From Cellulosilyticum sp. (lineage in GTDB: Bacteria; Bacillota; Clostridia; Lachnospirales; Cellulosilyticaceae), in NCBI GenBank assembly GCA_045612745.1, contig JAZKZQ010000062.1, positions 623 to 64,622 on the forward strand: a stretch of DNA of 64,000 bases. Direction: 5' to 3'. Position numbers and translations under genes: made by a program. The notes below the pieces were generated by a model. That model did not search any database and had not been told where the DNA came from. It saw only the letters and a program-made list of their open reading frames with translations. This document shows, one piece after another, positions 51,151 to 62,754 of the stretch (positions within the stretch are counted from its first letter, which is position 1; every line of letters begins with the position of its first letter).

Positions 51151-52833
51151 CTATACTTTAAATCGTCCTACTTGCTCCTGTAACTCTTTAGCCTGTTCTT
51201 CTAAATGCTCAGATGTCTCAGCAACAACTTCTGTGGAATTACTGAACTCTTCTGTCCCTACAGCTACCTCTTCACATGAAGCCGAAATTTCTTCTGCAAT
51301 AGCTGAAGCATTTTCTATTTTCATCATAATATCTTCTTTTTGATTTGTAATAACTTCTGTTTCATCAGTAATAGCTCTAATACTAGGAAGCATATTATTA
51401 ACTACTTCAATAATCTGTTTAAAATTATCTACAGCATTATTAATACCTTCAATTTGCTTACTTAGGTCATTACCCATTTGACTAGTTGAATCTGCTAATT
51501 CTTGTGTTTCATCTAGTATACCTTTTATAATTTTTACAATATTTGCCACTGAATCTTTACTTTGTTCTGCTAAATGACGAATTTCTTCTGCGACTACTGA
51601 GAAGCCTTTTCCTGCTTCTCCTGCTCTAGCTGCCTCTATAGCTGCATTAAGTGCTAAAAGGTTAGTCTGTTCTGCAATACCATTAATAATATTTGTAATT
51701 GTATTAATCTCTCCTACACGCCCTTCAAAGCTACCAATACTTTGGCTATATGTTTTAAAGTTTTCACTTAACTTACCAATAGATTCATTAACATTTTGCA
51801 TCATTTCGTTACTATCTTTTGCCATCACAGATATAGTATCTGAACTATTTGAGATTTGTCCAACTGAATCAGCCATTGTATCAATGCTTGTACTAAGCTC
51901 ACTTGTTGTATTTGTAATAGTCACTAAATCAGAGGCTTGTTCCATAATACCTCTTGTTACTTCTTGAATTGTTGTATCAATATTTTGTGAGCTACTTGCC
52001 ATTTCATTAGATATATTGGTAAGCTCTTCTGCTTGCTTATTTAAGCCCGTAGTTACTTTATTAACATCTTGTATTAACTTTACAATCTCACCTTGCATAC
52101 TCTTCATACTTCTTGCTAAATCACCTATCTCATCATATCGAGCTAATACTTTTTCATCTATAACAATAGTAAAATCACCAGCTTGTAAGGCCTGGATTTG
52201 TTTTATAAGATATGCAATTTGTTTTCCCGTATTATTTGAGAATATAGATATATTCATAACTATAAGGATAATACCAACAACAGTTATTATAACATTTTTT
52301 AATATATCTAATAATGTCTCTCTAACAGCATCCATGCGATTTTCTCCAATAAAGAGTACCCCTATCGTATTATTGCTGCTATCTTTTAATGGCATATAAA
52401 TAGCATAATATAGCTTCCCATCTATACTTATGTACTTTTTAACATCTTTCCCTTGTTCTAATACATTCTTTGCTACTTCTGAGTCTACTGCCGTTCCAAT
52501 CATATTCTTATTTAAGGTCGCATTAATACATGCGTTTCCTAAATAAATTATGTACTCACCATCTATCTTTTCTTTTAACTCTTCTAGAATATTTGATTCA
52601 TTTAAAGAATATCCGCCTTTTACAAGCTGACCTTCTTTAATCTCATATTCTCCTTTGTACACTTCATCTATAATTCCCAAAGCTGATTCTGCCCATATCT
52701 CAAGCTTTTCATCCATAGATTGTTGCATTGCTGTTCCTGTTGTAATTATAGTACCAATTATAAATATTAAACATAGTATTACAAGAGTAGGTATAGTACA
52801 CCATAGTAATCTCCCTCTTATTTTTAATTTCAT
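51151..52833 (-). CDS. Methyl-accepting chemotaxis protein (Cache-type sensor)
   Basis: Two TMs, [31 protein letters not shown]. Confidence 0.93.
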   Translation of the reverse strand: MKLKIRGRLLWCTIPTLVILCLIFIIGTIITTGTAMQQSMDEKLEIWAESALGIIDEVYKGEYEIKEGQLVKGGYSLNESNILEELKEKIDGEYIIYLGNACINATLNKNMIGTAVDSEVAKNVLEQGKDVKKYISIDGKLYYAIYMPLKDSSNNTIGVLFIGENRMDAVRETLLDILKNVIITVVGIILIVMNISIFSNNTGKQIAYLIKQIQALQAGDFTIVIDEKVLARYDEIGDLARSMKSMQGEIVKLIQDVNKVTTGLNKQAEELTNISNEMASSSQNIDTTIQEVTRGIMEQASDLVTITNTTSELSTSIDTMADSVGQISNSSDTISVMAKDSNEMMQNVNESIGKLSENFKTYSQSIGSFEGRVGEINTITNIINGIAEQTNLLALNAAIEAARAGEAGKGFSVVAEEIRHLAEQSKDSVANIVKIIKGILDETQELADSTSQMGNDLSKQIEGINNAVDNFKQIIEVVNNMLPSIRAITDETEVITNQKEDIMMKIENASAIAEEISASCEEVAVGTEEFSNSTEVVAETSEHLEEQAKELQEQVGRFKV

Positions 52834-52868
52834 ATTTATTCTCCTCCAAAATTCATTTATCCGTCATA

Positions 52869-52897
52869 ATTATATGATATTCTTATGTATATGTCAA
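52869..52897 (-). promoter_or_regulatory. Consensus sigma-A promoter of MCP 51151..52833
   Basis: Minus strand TTGACA-N17-TATAAT, perfect match. Confidence 0.8.
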
Positions 52898-52967
52898 AAT
52901 TTTACATTAATAAATTATTTTTCATGTAATCAATCAATTAATTAATTATCTATAACTCTACATATAA

Positions 52968-52997
52968 TAATAGCCAGACTTTTTAGTCTGGCTATTA
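52968..52997 (-). terminator. Terminator between the tandem MCP genes
   Basis: taatagccagact / agtctggctatta. Confidence 0.7.
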
Positions 52998-53014
52998 CAC
53001 TTTATTCATATAAA

Positions 53015-54697
53015 TTATATCTTAAATTTTTCTACCTTTTCCTTTAAATTTTTAACATGACCTTCTAAATGCTCTGATGTTTCAGCAATAACCTCTGTAG
53101 AATTACTAAATTCTTCTGTTGCTACAGCCACCTCTTCACAAGAAGCTGAAATTTCTTCTGCAATTGCTGAAGCATTTTCTACTTTTACCATCATATCTTC
53201 TTTTTGATTTTTAATAACCTTAGTTTCATCTGTAATAGCTTTAATACTTGGAATAATATCATTAACTGCTTCTATAATATTCTTAAAGTTATCTAAAGCA
53301 CTATTAATACCTTGAATTTGCTTATTTAAATTATTATCCATCTCATTAGTTGCACTGGTTATTTCTTGTGTTTCATTTGAGATATCTTCTATAAGCTTTA
53401 CAATATTTGCTACAGATGTCTTACTTTGCTCTGCTAACTTACGAATCTCCTCTGCTACTACTGAAAATCCTCGTCCTGCTTCTCCTGCTCTAGCTGCTTC
53501 TATTGCTGCATTTAGTGCTAAAAGATTCGTTTGCTCAGCAATGCTATTAATAAAATTTGTAATTCTATTAATTGCTATTACACGCTCTTCAAAACTTTTA
53601 ATACTCCGGCTATAATATTTGAAATTTTCACTCAATTGACTAATAGAATTATTAGTATCTAACATCATATCACTACTATATTTTGCCATAGTAGCTATAA
53701 CATCTGAACTTTTTGAAATTTTCCCAACTGAATCAGCCATTGTATCAATGCTTATACTAAGTTCACTTGTTTTATTGGTAATAGTCACCAAATCTGATGC
53801 TTGTTCCATAATTCCTCTCGCTACCTCTTGAATCGTTATATCAATATTTTGTGAACTATTTGCCATTTCATTAGATATCTTTGCTAGTTCTCCTGATTTT
53901 GTATTTACACCTATGGTTACCTTATTTACATCTTGTATTAATCCTGCTACTTCATCTTGCATGCTCTTTATACTTCTTGCTAATTCACCAATCTCATCAT
54001 ATCTATCCAAAATCTTTTCATCTATCACAGTAGTAAAATTACCATTTCGTAGCTCCTCAAACTTTTCTACAAAATGATTTATCTGTCTTTTTATACTGTT
54101 AGAAAATCTTATCATATTAATCACTATAATACCAATAAATACAACAAATATTGCACTATTTAACATTGTTTCTTTAAATGTTGTTTGGATAATTTCCGAC
54201 TGATCTTCTCCTACAAACAACATACCTATATTCTTTCCACTGCTGTCTTTTAAAGGTGCATATATACCATAATATAATCTTCCATTTGTCTTTACATATT
54301 GTTTAACAGTTTCTCCCTTGTCTAATACTTCCCGTGCTACATCTGAATCTGCTGTTGTTCCAATTGTGGCTTTGCCTAATGTACTATTAATCCGTTCATC
54401 ACCTAAGAAAATGGTATAGTCACACGCTACATTCTCTTGCAGTACTTCCAGAATATCTGTACGACTTAAAGGATAACCACCTTTTACAAGGTGTCCATCT
54501 TTAACTTCATATTCACCCTTGTATATACTATCTATAGTTCCTAAGGCTGCTTGTAAATATACCCCCATCTCCTTATCCATAGATTTTTTTATCATGTTCG
54601 ATGTTGTTATTAGTGTACTAGTCATGCATACAATACATAACATTATGAGGATAGGTATAGTAGACCATAATATACGTCCTTTGATTTTTACTTTCAT
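53015..54697 (-). CDS. Methyl-accepting chemotaxis protein, tandem paralog of 51151..52833
   Basis: Same length (560 aa), colinear, long identical stretches ([33 protein letters not shown]). Confidence 0.93.
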   Translation of the reverse strand: MKVKIKGRILWSTIPILIMLCIVCMTSTLITTSNMIKKSMDKEMGVYLQAALGTIDSIYKGEYEVKDGHLVKGGYPLSRTDILEVLQENVACDYTIFLGDERINSTLGKATIGTTADSDVAREVLDKGETVKQYVKTNGRLYYGIYAPLKDSSGKNIGMLFVGEDQSEIIQTTFKETMLNSAIFVVFIGIIVINMIRFSNSIKRQINHFVEKFEELRNGNFTTVIDEKILDRYDEIGELARSIKSMQDEVAGLIQDVNKVTIGVNTKSGELAKISNEMANSSQNIDITIQEVARGIMEQASDLVTITNKTSELSISIDTMADSVGKISKSSDVIATMAKYSSDMMLDTNNSISQLSENFKYYSRSIKSFEERVIAINRITNFINSIAEQTNLLALNAAIEAARAGEAGRGFSVVAEEIRKLAEQSKTSVANIVKLIEDISNETQEITSATNEMDNNLNKQIQGINSALDNFKNIIEAVNDIIPSIKAITDETKVIKNQKEDMMVKVENASAIAEEISASCEEVAVATEEFSNSTEVIAETSEHLEGHVKNLKEKVEKFKI

Positions 54698-54807
54698 ACT
54701 TACTTCCTCCCTTCACTCTTTATAACCCTCGTACTTTTACCCCTCATACTTATATTTATGCTAAGTTTGTCTAATTTGTACTATTTTTATTATATTTTCT
54801 CACATCA

Positions 54808-54853
54808 TAAAAAAGAGGTTAAATTGCAATTAAGCAATTTAACCTCTTTTTTA
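54808..54853 (-). terminator. Intrinsic terminator after GH74 gene
   Basis: taaaaaagaggttaaattgc / gcaatttaacctctttttta. Confidence 0.85.
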
Positions 54854-54864
54854 TATCTCAATTT

Positions 54865-57800
54865 TTATTGTGGTATACTACCACTTATAAGTTCTCCATC
54901 ATAGAATACTGCTACTTTTGAAGCATCACCATATGAGAAGTCATTACTTTGGTCAAATGCTGACCAGTTATTATTAGATGTACGTGCATCTACTTGTAGT
55001 ACACCTGTATGATCAAGTACACCTACCTCACCAAAGGTAATTTCTATATACTGATTTGCTGTATCTGTAGGTTCACTCATATTCTCTACTTTACCTGTTG
55101 TATTTCCATTAATCGATACATACCAAGGACTAGTTGTATATTGAAGAGATGCTGTATCAATCCAGCACGTTGCACCTACTTTTGCATCTTCATTTGCAAA
55201 ATAGTAACGAATAGCAAGTTTCGATAAATCAAATTTACTATCATCTGCTACACTTAATCTAAATGTGTTTACAATAGCATTTGCTTTACCCTCACCCTTT
55301 GTAACTAAATCTAGTTTAATAGCACCTTCTACTGGTTTTACGACTGTTGTATCATCTACAACAACTTTAATCATTTGTTTTGCACCTGCACTAAATACAA
55401 ATGTAAAATCATATGTGCCTTTGCTTAAGCTTGCAAGATAATCTGCTGGGAATGTAACTGTATCATCTTCTCCGACAATATAATCTGTACCTGCTTTAAG
55501 TACCTTATCTCCACATCTAATCTCTTGTAATGTATTACCATTAAGTGATACATTAACCACTACAGCTGCTTGATTTTCTACATTTTTATCAAATGCTATT
55601 TCATTTGGTGTAACAACTGAATCTTTTTCTGCAGTATTTACCACATTGATAACAAAACTTGCATTTTGACCCTCATTAAAGATAAATGTAAATTCATGAG
55701 TTCCTCTTTCAAGTGTCTCAAGATAAGCTGCACTAAAGCATACTACATCATCTACTACTGTATAGTCTACACCTTCTGTTAGAACTGCATCATTATTTTT
55801 AACAGCAGTTAATGTATTTCCTTTTAATTCTACACCTACTGTAACATCTTTTGCTTCTGCCTTATCAAATATAGCTGTTGTAGCTGCTAAGCTTGAATTT
55901 ACCATTGTCTTTGTCACATTAATTGTTAATACTGGATCTTTGCCTGCATTAAAATCGAAGTTTACTTTTACCATACCATTTTCTTGTTTTGCTAGGAATG
56001 CTTTGAGAATAGTTACTTTATCCCCATCTACTGTATAATCTTCACCCTCTACTAACAGTTTATCCCCAACTTCCACAGCTTCTAATGTATTACCATTTGC
56101 ATTTACTGTAACTGTTACATCTTTTTGTAAATCCTCTTTTTTGTCAAATGTAGCTGATGTTTTTGAAAGTGTTGCATTTGGCACAGCAACTACGCCACTA
56201 CCTGTATCCGCATAAACTATACCACGACCATTTGTACCAACGTATACTCTACCGTATACATCATAGTCACCAGTTACATCACAACATGGGTCTACTAAAC
56301 CATATTGATGCTGATCATCATTAATGCGTGTCCAAGTTTCTCCTTTATCATCTGATCTGAAGAAACCATTTTGACCTTCTACTTTACCTGCTATGTATAT
56401 TGCTGGGTAACCACCCTCTTCTTTAGCTTTACCAAATCCAAATGAAAGTGCTTCATCTACATTCTCTATCTTTGTAAATGTTTTACCTTGATCTTCTGAA
56501 TGCCATAAACCTCTTTCGCCATTTCCTTTAGCAGTACCATACCATACATGTCCTTCATATCCTCTTACAGCTTTAATAGTTGAGTTATCTGAAGTTGCTC
56601 CAATGCCTGGTTCACCTGTAAGGGTAGCTTCTGTAAAGGTTTTTGCTGCATCTGTACTTACATACATTTTGCCTTGACTATAACCATAGAATACCTTAGG
56701 ATTTACACGGTCAGAGCAAACATTGGCACCTGTTGGAATACCTTCACTAGCAGTCCAATTGTAACCACCTTTTGAATAACTTACTGGTTCATCTGGTGTA
56801 GCCCATACAACAACACTACCATCTGCTGCAAGTGCTACCTCTCCTTTACCATTACTTTGTCCGATTCTGCTGTGAATTGGTGCAAATGTTTTTCCACCAT
56901 CTTTTGACCACATCATACCATTTAAGTAGCCACCATAACTGTCTATGGCTGTTCTTTCACCAACACGTACAACAATATCTGTATTAAGTTCTGCATAATC
57001 TACATCTACAGAGCTATTTAATGTAGAGTATTTATCCCCTGGAGTAACATTAGCCATTAGTTTAGGTACCTTTGTAACATCTTCATGATAGAATCCATTA
57101 ACATCAAATAGACTACTGATTAAACCATCATCTTCTGAGTTTGGAAGTGTAATAAGTGCATTAGATACTACTTCTTCTATACCTTTAGCTTTAACTTGGA
57201 TTTTGAATATCTCACCTTTGTCCCAGTTTGTTAAATTATCTGTGCCATAAAGTGTAGCACCTGTACCATACATCATACGGTCTGAATTAAATGGGTCAAT
57301 AGCAATAGCACCTACTGTCCAACCGATTTTAGGTGATGCCGTCGCATTATCATCTGGTGCATGCGTACTTCCCCAGTCAAGCCATGGTGCATCTGTAATA
57401 TCCATTTCACATTTTACATCACGATTTGGATAACTGGTCCATTCCCATACATTTTCCCAAGTCTCGCCCCCATCTTTACTTCTATACATGAATAAATCTG
57501 GCCACCAAGATTGACAAATTACCATTAATGTATTTTCATCTTGAGCATCTACTGTAAGCCCTTGATAACCATACCATGGATCATCTGGTGCAGTTTTACT
57601 AGATTTTGGACTTATGAGCTTCCATTTTTCTGTATTTGTATTATATTTCCATACATCACCATAACCTGATATATATGGTCCTGCTTCAGTTGTATATGTT
57701 ACATAAAGGATACCATCTTTTGTAAGATGTGCTTGGTATGGTAAATATGTATCTCCCTCTTGAATCTCCCATTTTTGTGCTGCTTCATCTACAAGCTTTC

Positions 57801-58617
57801 CACGTGGTTCACCAGCAAGTGGTGCCCATGTTTTACCACCATCTGTTGTCTTATAAATAGAATGTTCCTGATTACCTATACCTACATAAAGTGTTTGAGA
57901 ACCCTTACCTTCTACATTAGAATTTTTATCACATATTATAAAAGTAATACCTAAATGACCACCATACGCATCACCCTTGTTGTAATAAAAATCACCTTCC
58001 ACATTAAACTCTTCTATTTTATTCCATGTTATACCATAATCTTCGCTCTTCCATAAACCATCATTTCTAGAACCTAAGTAAAGCACTGCTGAATTATTAG
58101 GGTCTACAACAAGTTTTGCATTCATTTGTCTACCTTGCATATTTGAACCACAGAAGAAAGGTAGTTCTGAAACTGTCCATGTTTCCCCTTTATCATCTGA
58201 ACAGAATACAGCACCTTTTACATCTGTCCAACCATTATCATATTCCCCCATTAATGCATATACACGATTAGGATCATTAGGGTCTGTTGCAAGGTCATCA
58301 CAACCAAGATTACTCCAATACTCTGGTCCTACCCAGTCTGTAAGTGGTTTCCATGTCTCTGTTTCTGGTTGCCAACGATAAATACCCCCCATATCTGTTC
58401 GTGCATAAATTAAATCTTTTTCTGCTTCACTAAATTCAACACCTGTTATCATACCACCGCCAACGATTTGTACATTCTTCCATTCATTAACTTCAGTATC
58501 ATAAGCATATACACAGTTTGGTGCAATCATAAGCATAGCTAACCCCATGGGTAATACTATTTTTTTTGCATAATGACTAATAGCTTGCGTTAAATTTCTT
58601 AATATTCTCTTACTCAT
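54865..58617 (-). CDS. Secreted GH74 xyloglucanase with three X2 modules and a C-terminal CBM3
   Basis: WKNVQIVGGG, YARTDMGG (catalytic Asp), SxDxGxTW BNR repeats, RVYVGTNGRGI; X2 repeats (FDK...NGNTL...GxDYxV); CBM3-like DLSKLAIRYYF, FDQSNDFSY. Confidence 0.9.
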   Translation of the reverse strand: MSKRILRNLTQAISHYAKKIVLPMGLAMLMIAPNCVYAYDTEVNEWKNVQIVGGGMITGVEFSEAEKDLIYARTDMGGIYRWQPETETWKPLTDWVGPEYWSNLGCDDLATDPNDPNRVYALMGEYDNGWTDVKGAVFCSDDKGETWTVSELPFFCGSNMQGRQMNAKLVVDPNNSAVLYLGSRNDGLWKSEDYGITWNKIEEFNVEGDFYYNKGDAYGGHLGITFIICDKNSNVEGKGSQTLYVGIGNQEHSIYKTTDGGKTWAPLAGEPRGKLVDEAAQKWEIQEGDTYLPYQAHLTKDGILYVTYTTEAGPYISGYGDVWKYNTNTEKWKLISPKSSKTAPDDPWYGYQGLTVDAQDENTLMVICQSWWPDLFMYRSKDGGETWENVWEWTSYPNRDVKCEMDITDAPWLDWGSTHAPDDNATASPKIGWTVGAIAIDPFNSDRMMYGTGATLYGTDNLTNWDKGEIFKIQVKAKGIEEVVSNALITLPNSEDDGLISSLFDVNGFYHEDVTKVPKLMANVTPGDKYSTLNSSVDVDYAELNTDIVVRVGERTAIDSYGGYLNGMMWSKDGGKTFAPIHSRIGQSNGKGEVALAADGSVVVWATPDEPVSYSKGGYNWTASEGIPTGANVCSDRVNPKVFYGYSQGKMYVSTDAAKTFTEATLTGEPGIGATSDNSTIKAVRGYEGHVWYGTAKGNGERGLWHSEDQGKTFTKIENVDEALSFGFGKAKEEGGYPAIYIAGKVEGQNGFFRSDDKGETWTRINDDQHQYGLVDPCCDVTGDYDVYGRVYVGTNGRGIVYADTGSGVVAVPNATLSKTSATFDKKEDLQKDVTVTVNANGNTLEAVEVGDKLLVEGEDYTVDGDKVTILKAFLAKQENGMVKVNFDFNAGKDPVLTINVTKTMVNSSLAATTAIFDKAEAKDVTVGVELKGNTLTAVKNNDAVLTEGVDYTVVDDVVCFSAAYLETLERGTHEFTFIFNEGQNASFVINVVNTAEKDSVVTPNEIAFDKNVENQAAVVVNVSLNGNTLQEIRCGDKVLKAGTDYIVGEDDTVTFPADYLASLSKGTYDFTFVFSAGAKQMIKVVVDDTTVVKPVEGAIKLDLVTKGEGKANAIVNTFRLSVADDSKFDLSKLAIRYYFANEDAKVGATCWIDTASLQYTTSPWYVSINGNTTGKVENMSEPTDTANQYIEITFGEVGVLDHTGVLQVDARTSNNNWSAFDQSNDFSYGDASKVAVFYDGELISGSIPQ

Positions 58618-58955
58618 TTTCTCCTCCTATTAACCTTAATTCAACTTAATTAACTAAGTTATAAATTTAAACTCATTAATATTATTATACTTTTTTACTT
58701 TTATTAGTGAATGATTTTAACCTAATATGTAAGCTTATAAGTGTTATAATGTTATTTCAAAAATACTATGCTTTTACTAGCTTTCCAAGGTAAAAATGTA
58801 TTACTTACATAACACTTAATCTTTTCTAATTTTTAATACAGTACATCTATAGATTATTGCATACTCTATAAGCACTTTTTCATTTTATTTCCATTTTAAC
58901 AATCTTTACATTATACAAAAACAACAATATTTTATATAAAATTTTAAAATTTTTA

Positions 58956-59013
58956 TTGAATTATATTTTTTTCATGCTAAAATGAAAATAGATTACCAAA
59001 TCGATTTTGGTAA
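58956..59013 (+). promoter_or_regulatory. Amylase promoter with overlapping LacI-type operator
   Basis: TTGAAT (58956-58961), extended -10 TGcTAAAAT (58975-58983), palindrome TTACCAAA-TCGAT-TTTGGTAA (58993-59013). Confidence 0.6.
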
Positions 59014-59057
59014 CGTTTTAATAATTACTTTAGTCTTAAAAGTATAAGGAGGATGCT

Positions 59058-62000
59058 ATGAAAAAAAATCTGCTGGCTACCTTGGTTAGTACTACCTTAC
59101 TCTTAGAAAATCTATTTTCTACTAACTTAATGGCTAGCCCAATAAACAATGTTTTAAATGCAACAACCACTGCAACTACTGTAAACTTACTAGATGACAC
59201 TGAAAATACAACTTTCTCTTGGGATAATACAACCGTTTACTTTGTCCTTACTGATCGCTTTCTAAATGGTAATACTTCTAATGACAACAGCTATGGCCGT
59301 ACAAAAACTGATTCTTGGGGCAAAAATATCGGTACATTCCATGGTGGTGATATTGCCGGACTTACAAAAAAATTAAATGAGGGCTATTTTGAAAATCTAG
59401 GTGTTAATACCATTTGGCTTAGTGCACCTTATGAACAAGCACATGGTTTTGCGGGTGGTGGTAATAATGGTGACTTCGCTCATTATGCTTATCATGGCTA
59501 CTATCCTTTAGACTATACAATGATGGATAAAAATATGGGTACTATTGATGAAATGAGAACTTTTGTTGATACAGCTCATGAAAAAGGTATCCGTGTTGTA
59601 CTAGATGTTGTTCTGAATCACACTGGCTATCTTACATTACAAGATATGGCTGATTATAATATTAACCCTACATCACTCTCTGCTTCTCAGCTTGCTAGTT
59701 GGAGGCCTAATAAAAATAATGGCGAGACATGGCATAGTTATCATAATCTAGTGGATTATCAAGGACACATGAGTGAGTGGGCTAAATGGTGGAGCCCTGG
59801 ATGGATTCGTGCTGGTGTACCTGGCTATACACCTGGTGGTAGTAGTGACATTACACTCGGCTTATCTGGACTTCCTGATGTTAAAACAGAGGTAACAAGC
59901 AATCAAGGTCTTGCACCTATTTTAAAGACAAAATGGAGTAAAGAAACTTCTGGTTATGATAAGTGGATTTTACCTTCTGCTAAAGATCTAAGAAAAGATT
60001 TAGGTATATCTCCTTCTGACTATCAAATAAAATGGTTAGCTGCCTGGGTTAAGGAGTTTGGTATTGATGGTTTCCGTGCAGATACTGCTAAGCACGTAGA
60101 TATGTTTAGATGGGCACAACTTAAAGATGCTTGTAATATTGCACTTAAAGAATGGCGTCAAAACAATCCTAATAAACCTGGTGCTGATTGGGATGATGAT
60201 TTCTGGACAACTGCTGAAGTATTTGGTCATGGTGCTAATAAATCTAACTACCATACAGATGGTAAATTCAACTCTGTAATCAACTTTAACTTCCCTAAAG
60301 ATGGTAACATTTCTGCTATTGATAGTACATATCAAAGTTATGCAAATGGTATTAATAGGTCTAATGATTGGAATATCCTTAGTTATATTTCTTCTCATGA
60401 CACCTTACTTTCAAGATCTAATATGATTAACTTAGGTTCTACTTTACTCCTTTCTCCTGGTGGTGTTCAAATCTTCTATGGTGATGAAACAAATAGAAGT
60501 TTTGGTGAAACTGGTTCTGATAAGGATCAAGGTACACGTTCTGATATGAACTGGAATAATCTAGATAAGGCTACACTTACACACTGGCAAAAAGTTGGTC
60601 AATTTAGAAGTAACCATATTTCAGTAGGTGCTGGGACACATACAAAACTTAATAGTGCGCCTTACACATTCCAAAGACATTATGACAAAAATGGTATCCA
60701 AGATGATGTTATTGTTGTATTAGGTGCTTCAGGTACACAAACTATTAATGTTTCTTCTGCTTTTGCAGATGGTTCAGTTATTCGTGATGCTTATACAGGC
60801 ACACAAGCTACTGTTCAAAATGGTAAAGTTACTATTACACCACATAGTAATGGCGTTATTTTACTTGAACTTGCAAGCAAATCTTTACGTCCTACTATTT
60901 CTGTTACTCCTGGTACAGTTAACAAAGTAACTAAATACTATAGTGAATCTTTAAATATCAATATTGCTCTTGGAAATACTACAAAAGGTTCATACAAAAT
61001 TAATGATGGTGATTGGGTAACATTTGAAAATACAACTACTATCACACTTGATAAAGCACTTCCACTCGAAACAACTACTAACATTACAGTTAAAACTTCT
61101 AATGACCTTGGTACTGCAGAAGAAACTTACTCTTACTTAAAAACTGTCAGCAAACCTGCTACAGTTCACTTCTATAAACCTGCTAACTGGGGCACACCTT
61201 ATGTATATTACTATACAGCTGATACAAGTGTAACTACACCTGCTTGGCCAGGTACAGCTATGACACATGAACGTGGTAATTGGTATTCATTTACAACGCC
61301 TGATATCGAAGAAGCTTACTTTATTTTTAATGATAAAGTACAACAAACTCCTGGTCCTAAGGAAGATGGTTATCAAATTTCTGGTGAAAAATGGGTTAAA
61401 AATGGTCAAATTTATGATGAAATACCTGATGTAGCTGTTCCTACTGTTGCTGAAGGTGAACTTAAACTCTTTATCTACAAACCAGAGGGTTGGGGCACTA
61501 ATCTTAATGCTTATGTTTATAATGATAGTACTTCCACTACGGATGTCCTTGCTGCTTGGCCAGGTAAGGCTATGACAGATGAAGGCAAGAATCTTTATAG
61601 TATTGAACTTGATAACAACTGGTTAAATAGCAAAGTAATCTTTAATGATGGTTCTAAGCAATATCCAGCTAAAACTGGCTTAACTGTAGATGCTTCTAGA
61701 TGTTATGTAGATGGTGCATGGGAACTTTGCAATGTACAAGCTGATAATACATTAGCTGTTAGCATTTCTCCTGAAAATAAAACCTTTACTACTGATACAC
61801 TTACACTAACATTAGGTGTTAAAAATGCCACCTCTGCTACTTATTCTATTGATGGTGGTGCTGAGACTCCTTATACTAATGGTGATCAAATTGAAATTGG
61901 TAAAGATGTAGAATCTGGTGATATTACTGTTACTTTAACAGCTACAAATGGTACTGAACCTATTAGTAAAACCTATACTTATACAAAAGAAGTCGTTAAT

Positions 62001-62609
62001 ACAACTACTTTAAAAGCTTACTTTGACAATTCAAACTTCAACTGGTCTAACTTACATGCTTATGTATATAACGAAGATGCTTCAGGTGTCCAAACAATTA
62101 GTGCTTGGCCTGGTGTAGCTATGACTAGCGAAGGTAATAATATCTATAGTTATACATTACCTGAGTCTTGGAAAAATGCATGTGTTATCTTTAACAATGG
62201 TGGTAGTAGTCAATATCCAGCATCTGGGCAACCAGGTCTTGTACTTGATCAAACAAATTCAAATATGATTTATCAAAACGGTGCTTGGACAGCATATACA
62301 GGTAACATTAATCCTATTATAGAAAAGAAAATTTACTTCAATAATAGTTCTTATAACTGGCCTAATGTAAAAGCCTATATCTATGATGCAAGTACAGGTA
62401 CTATTTTACAAAACGCAGATTGGCCTGGCCTAGATATGACTAATGAAGGTAATAATCTTTATAGTTATACATTCACAGAAGACTGGAATGCACCAAAAGT
62501 AATCTTTACTAATGGTTCTACTCAGATTCCAGCTTCTGGTCAACAAGGATTTGACCTTAATCATAATATGATTCTAGATAGTGATGTTTGGACCACATAC
62601 AGTAAGTAA
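59058..62609 (+). CDS. Secreted GH13 alpha-amylase with multiple starch-binding (CBM26-like) modules
   Basis: VYFVLTDRF, YHGYY, DVVLNH, GFRADTAKH, AEVF, SSHD; four AWPG/DWPGxxM...IFN/IFT repeats in the C-terminal half. Confidence 0.9.
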   Translation: MKKNLLATLVSTTLLLENLFSTNLMASPINNVLNATTTATTVNLLDDTENTTFSWDNTTVYFVLTDRFLNGNTSNDNSYGRTKTDSWGKNIGTFHGGDIAGLTKKLNEGYFENLGVNTIWLSAPYEQAHGFAGGGNNGDFAHYAYHGYYPLDYTMMDKNMGTIDEMRTFVDTAHEKGIRVVLDVVLNHTGYLTLQDMADYNINPTSLSASQLASWRPNKNNGETWHSYHNLVDYQGHMSEWAKWWSPGWIRAGVPGYTPGGSSDITLGLSGLPDVKTEVTSNQGLAPILKTKWSKETSGYDKWILPSAKDLRKDLGISPSDYQIKWLAAWVKEFGIDGFRADTAKHVDMFRWAQLKDACNIALKEWRQNNPNKPGADWDDDFWTTAEVFGHGANKSNYHTDGKFNSVINFNFPKDGNISAIDSTYQSYANGINRSNDWNILSYISSHDTLLSRSNMINLGSTLLLSPGGVQIFYGDETNRSFGETGSDKDQGTRSDMNWNNLDKATLTHWQKVGQFRSNHISVGAGTHTKLNSAPYTFQRHYDKNGIQDDVIVVLGASGTQTINVSSAFADGSVIRDAYTGTQATVQNGKVTITPHSNGVILLELASKSLRPTISVTPGTVNKVTKYYSESLNINIALGNTTKGSYKINDGDWVTFENTTTITLDKALPLETTTNITVKTSNDLGTAEETYSYLKTVSKPATVHFYKPANWGTPYVYYYTADTSVTTPAWPGTAMTHERGNWYSFTTPDIEEAYFIFNDKVQQTPGPKEDGYQISGEKWVKNGQIYDEIPDVAVPTVAEGELKLFIYKPEGWGTNLNAYVYNDSTSTTDVLAAWPGKAMTDEGKNLYSIELDNNWLNSKVIFNDGSKQYPAKTGLTVDASRCYVDGAWELCNVQADNTLAVSISPENKTFTTDTLTLTLGVKNATSATYSIDGGAETPYTNGDQIEIGKDVESGDITVTLTATNGTEPISKTYTYTKEVVNTTTLKAYFDNSNFNWSNLHAYVYNEDASGVQTISAWPGVAMTSEGNNIYSYTLPESWKNACVIFNNGGSSQYPASGQPGLVLDQTNSNMIYQNGAWTAYTGNINPIIEKKIYFNNSSYNWPNVKAYIYDASTGTILQNADWPGLDMTNEGNNLYSYTFTEDWNAPKVIFTNGSTQIPASGQQGFDLNHNMILDSDVWTTYSK

Positions 62610-62674
62610 TGTATTTTTTTAATTTTATTCCTCTATGGATTTGAGATAGTATTCATACTATTTTGTTCGGAAGC

Positions 62675-62726
62675 AAAAGAAGAAGGTTGACACTACTACC
62701 CCTTGTAGTATCAACCTTCTTCTTTT
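62675..62726. terminator. Bidirectional terminator between amylase and corA
   Basis: aaaagaagaaggttga / tcaaccttcttctttt. Confidence 0.85.
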
Positions 62727-62754
62727 TATGCTTTTACACTTCACTATTCGCTTT

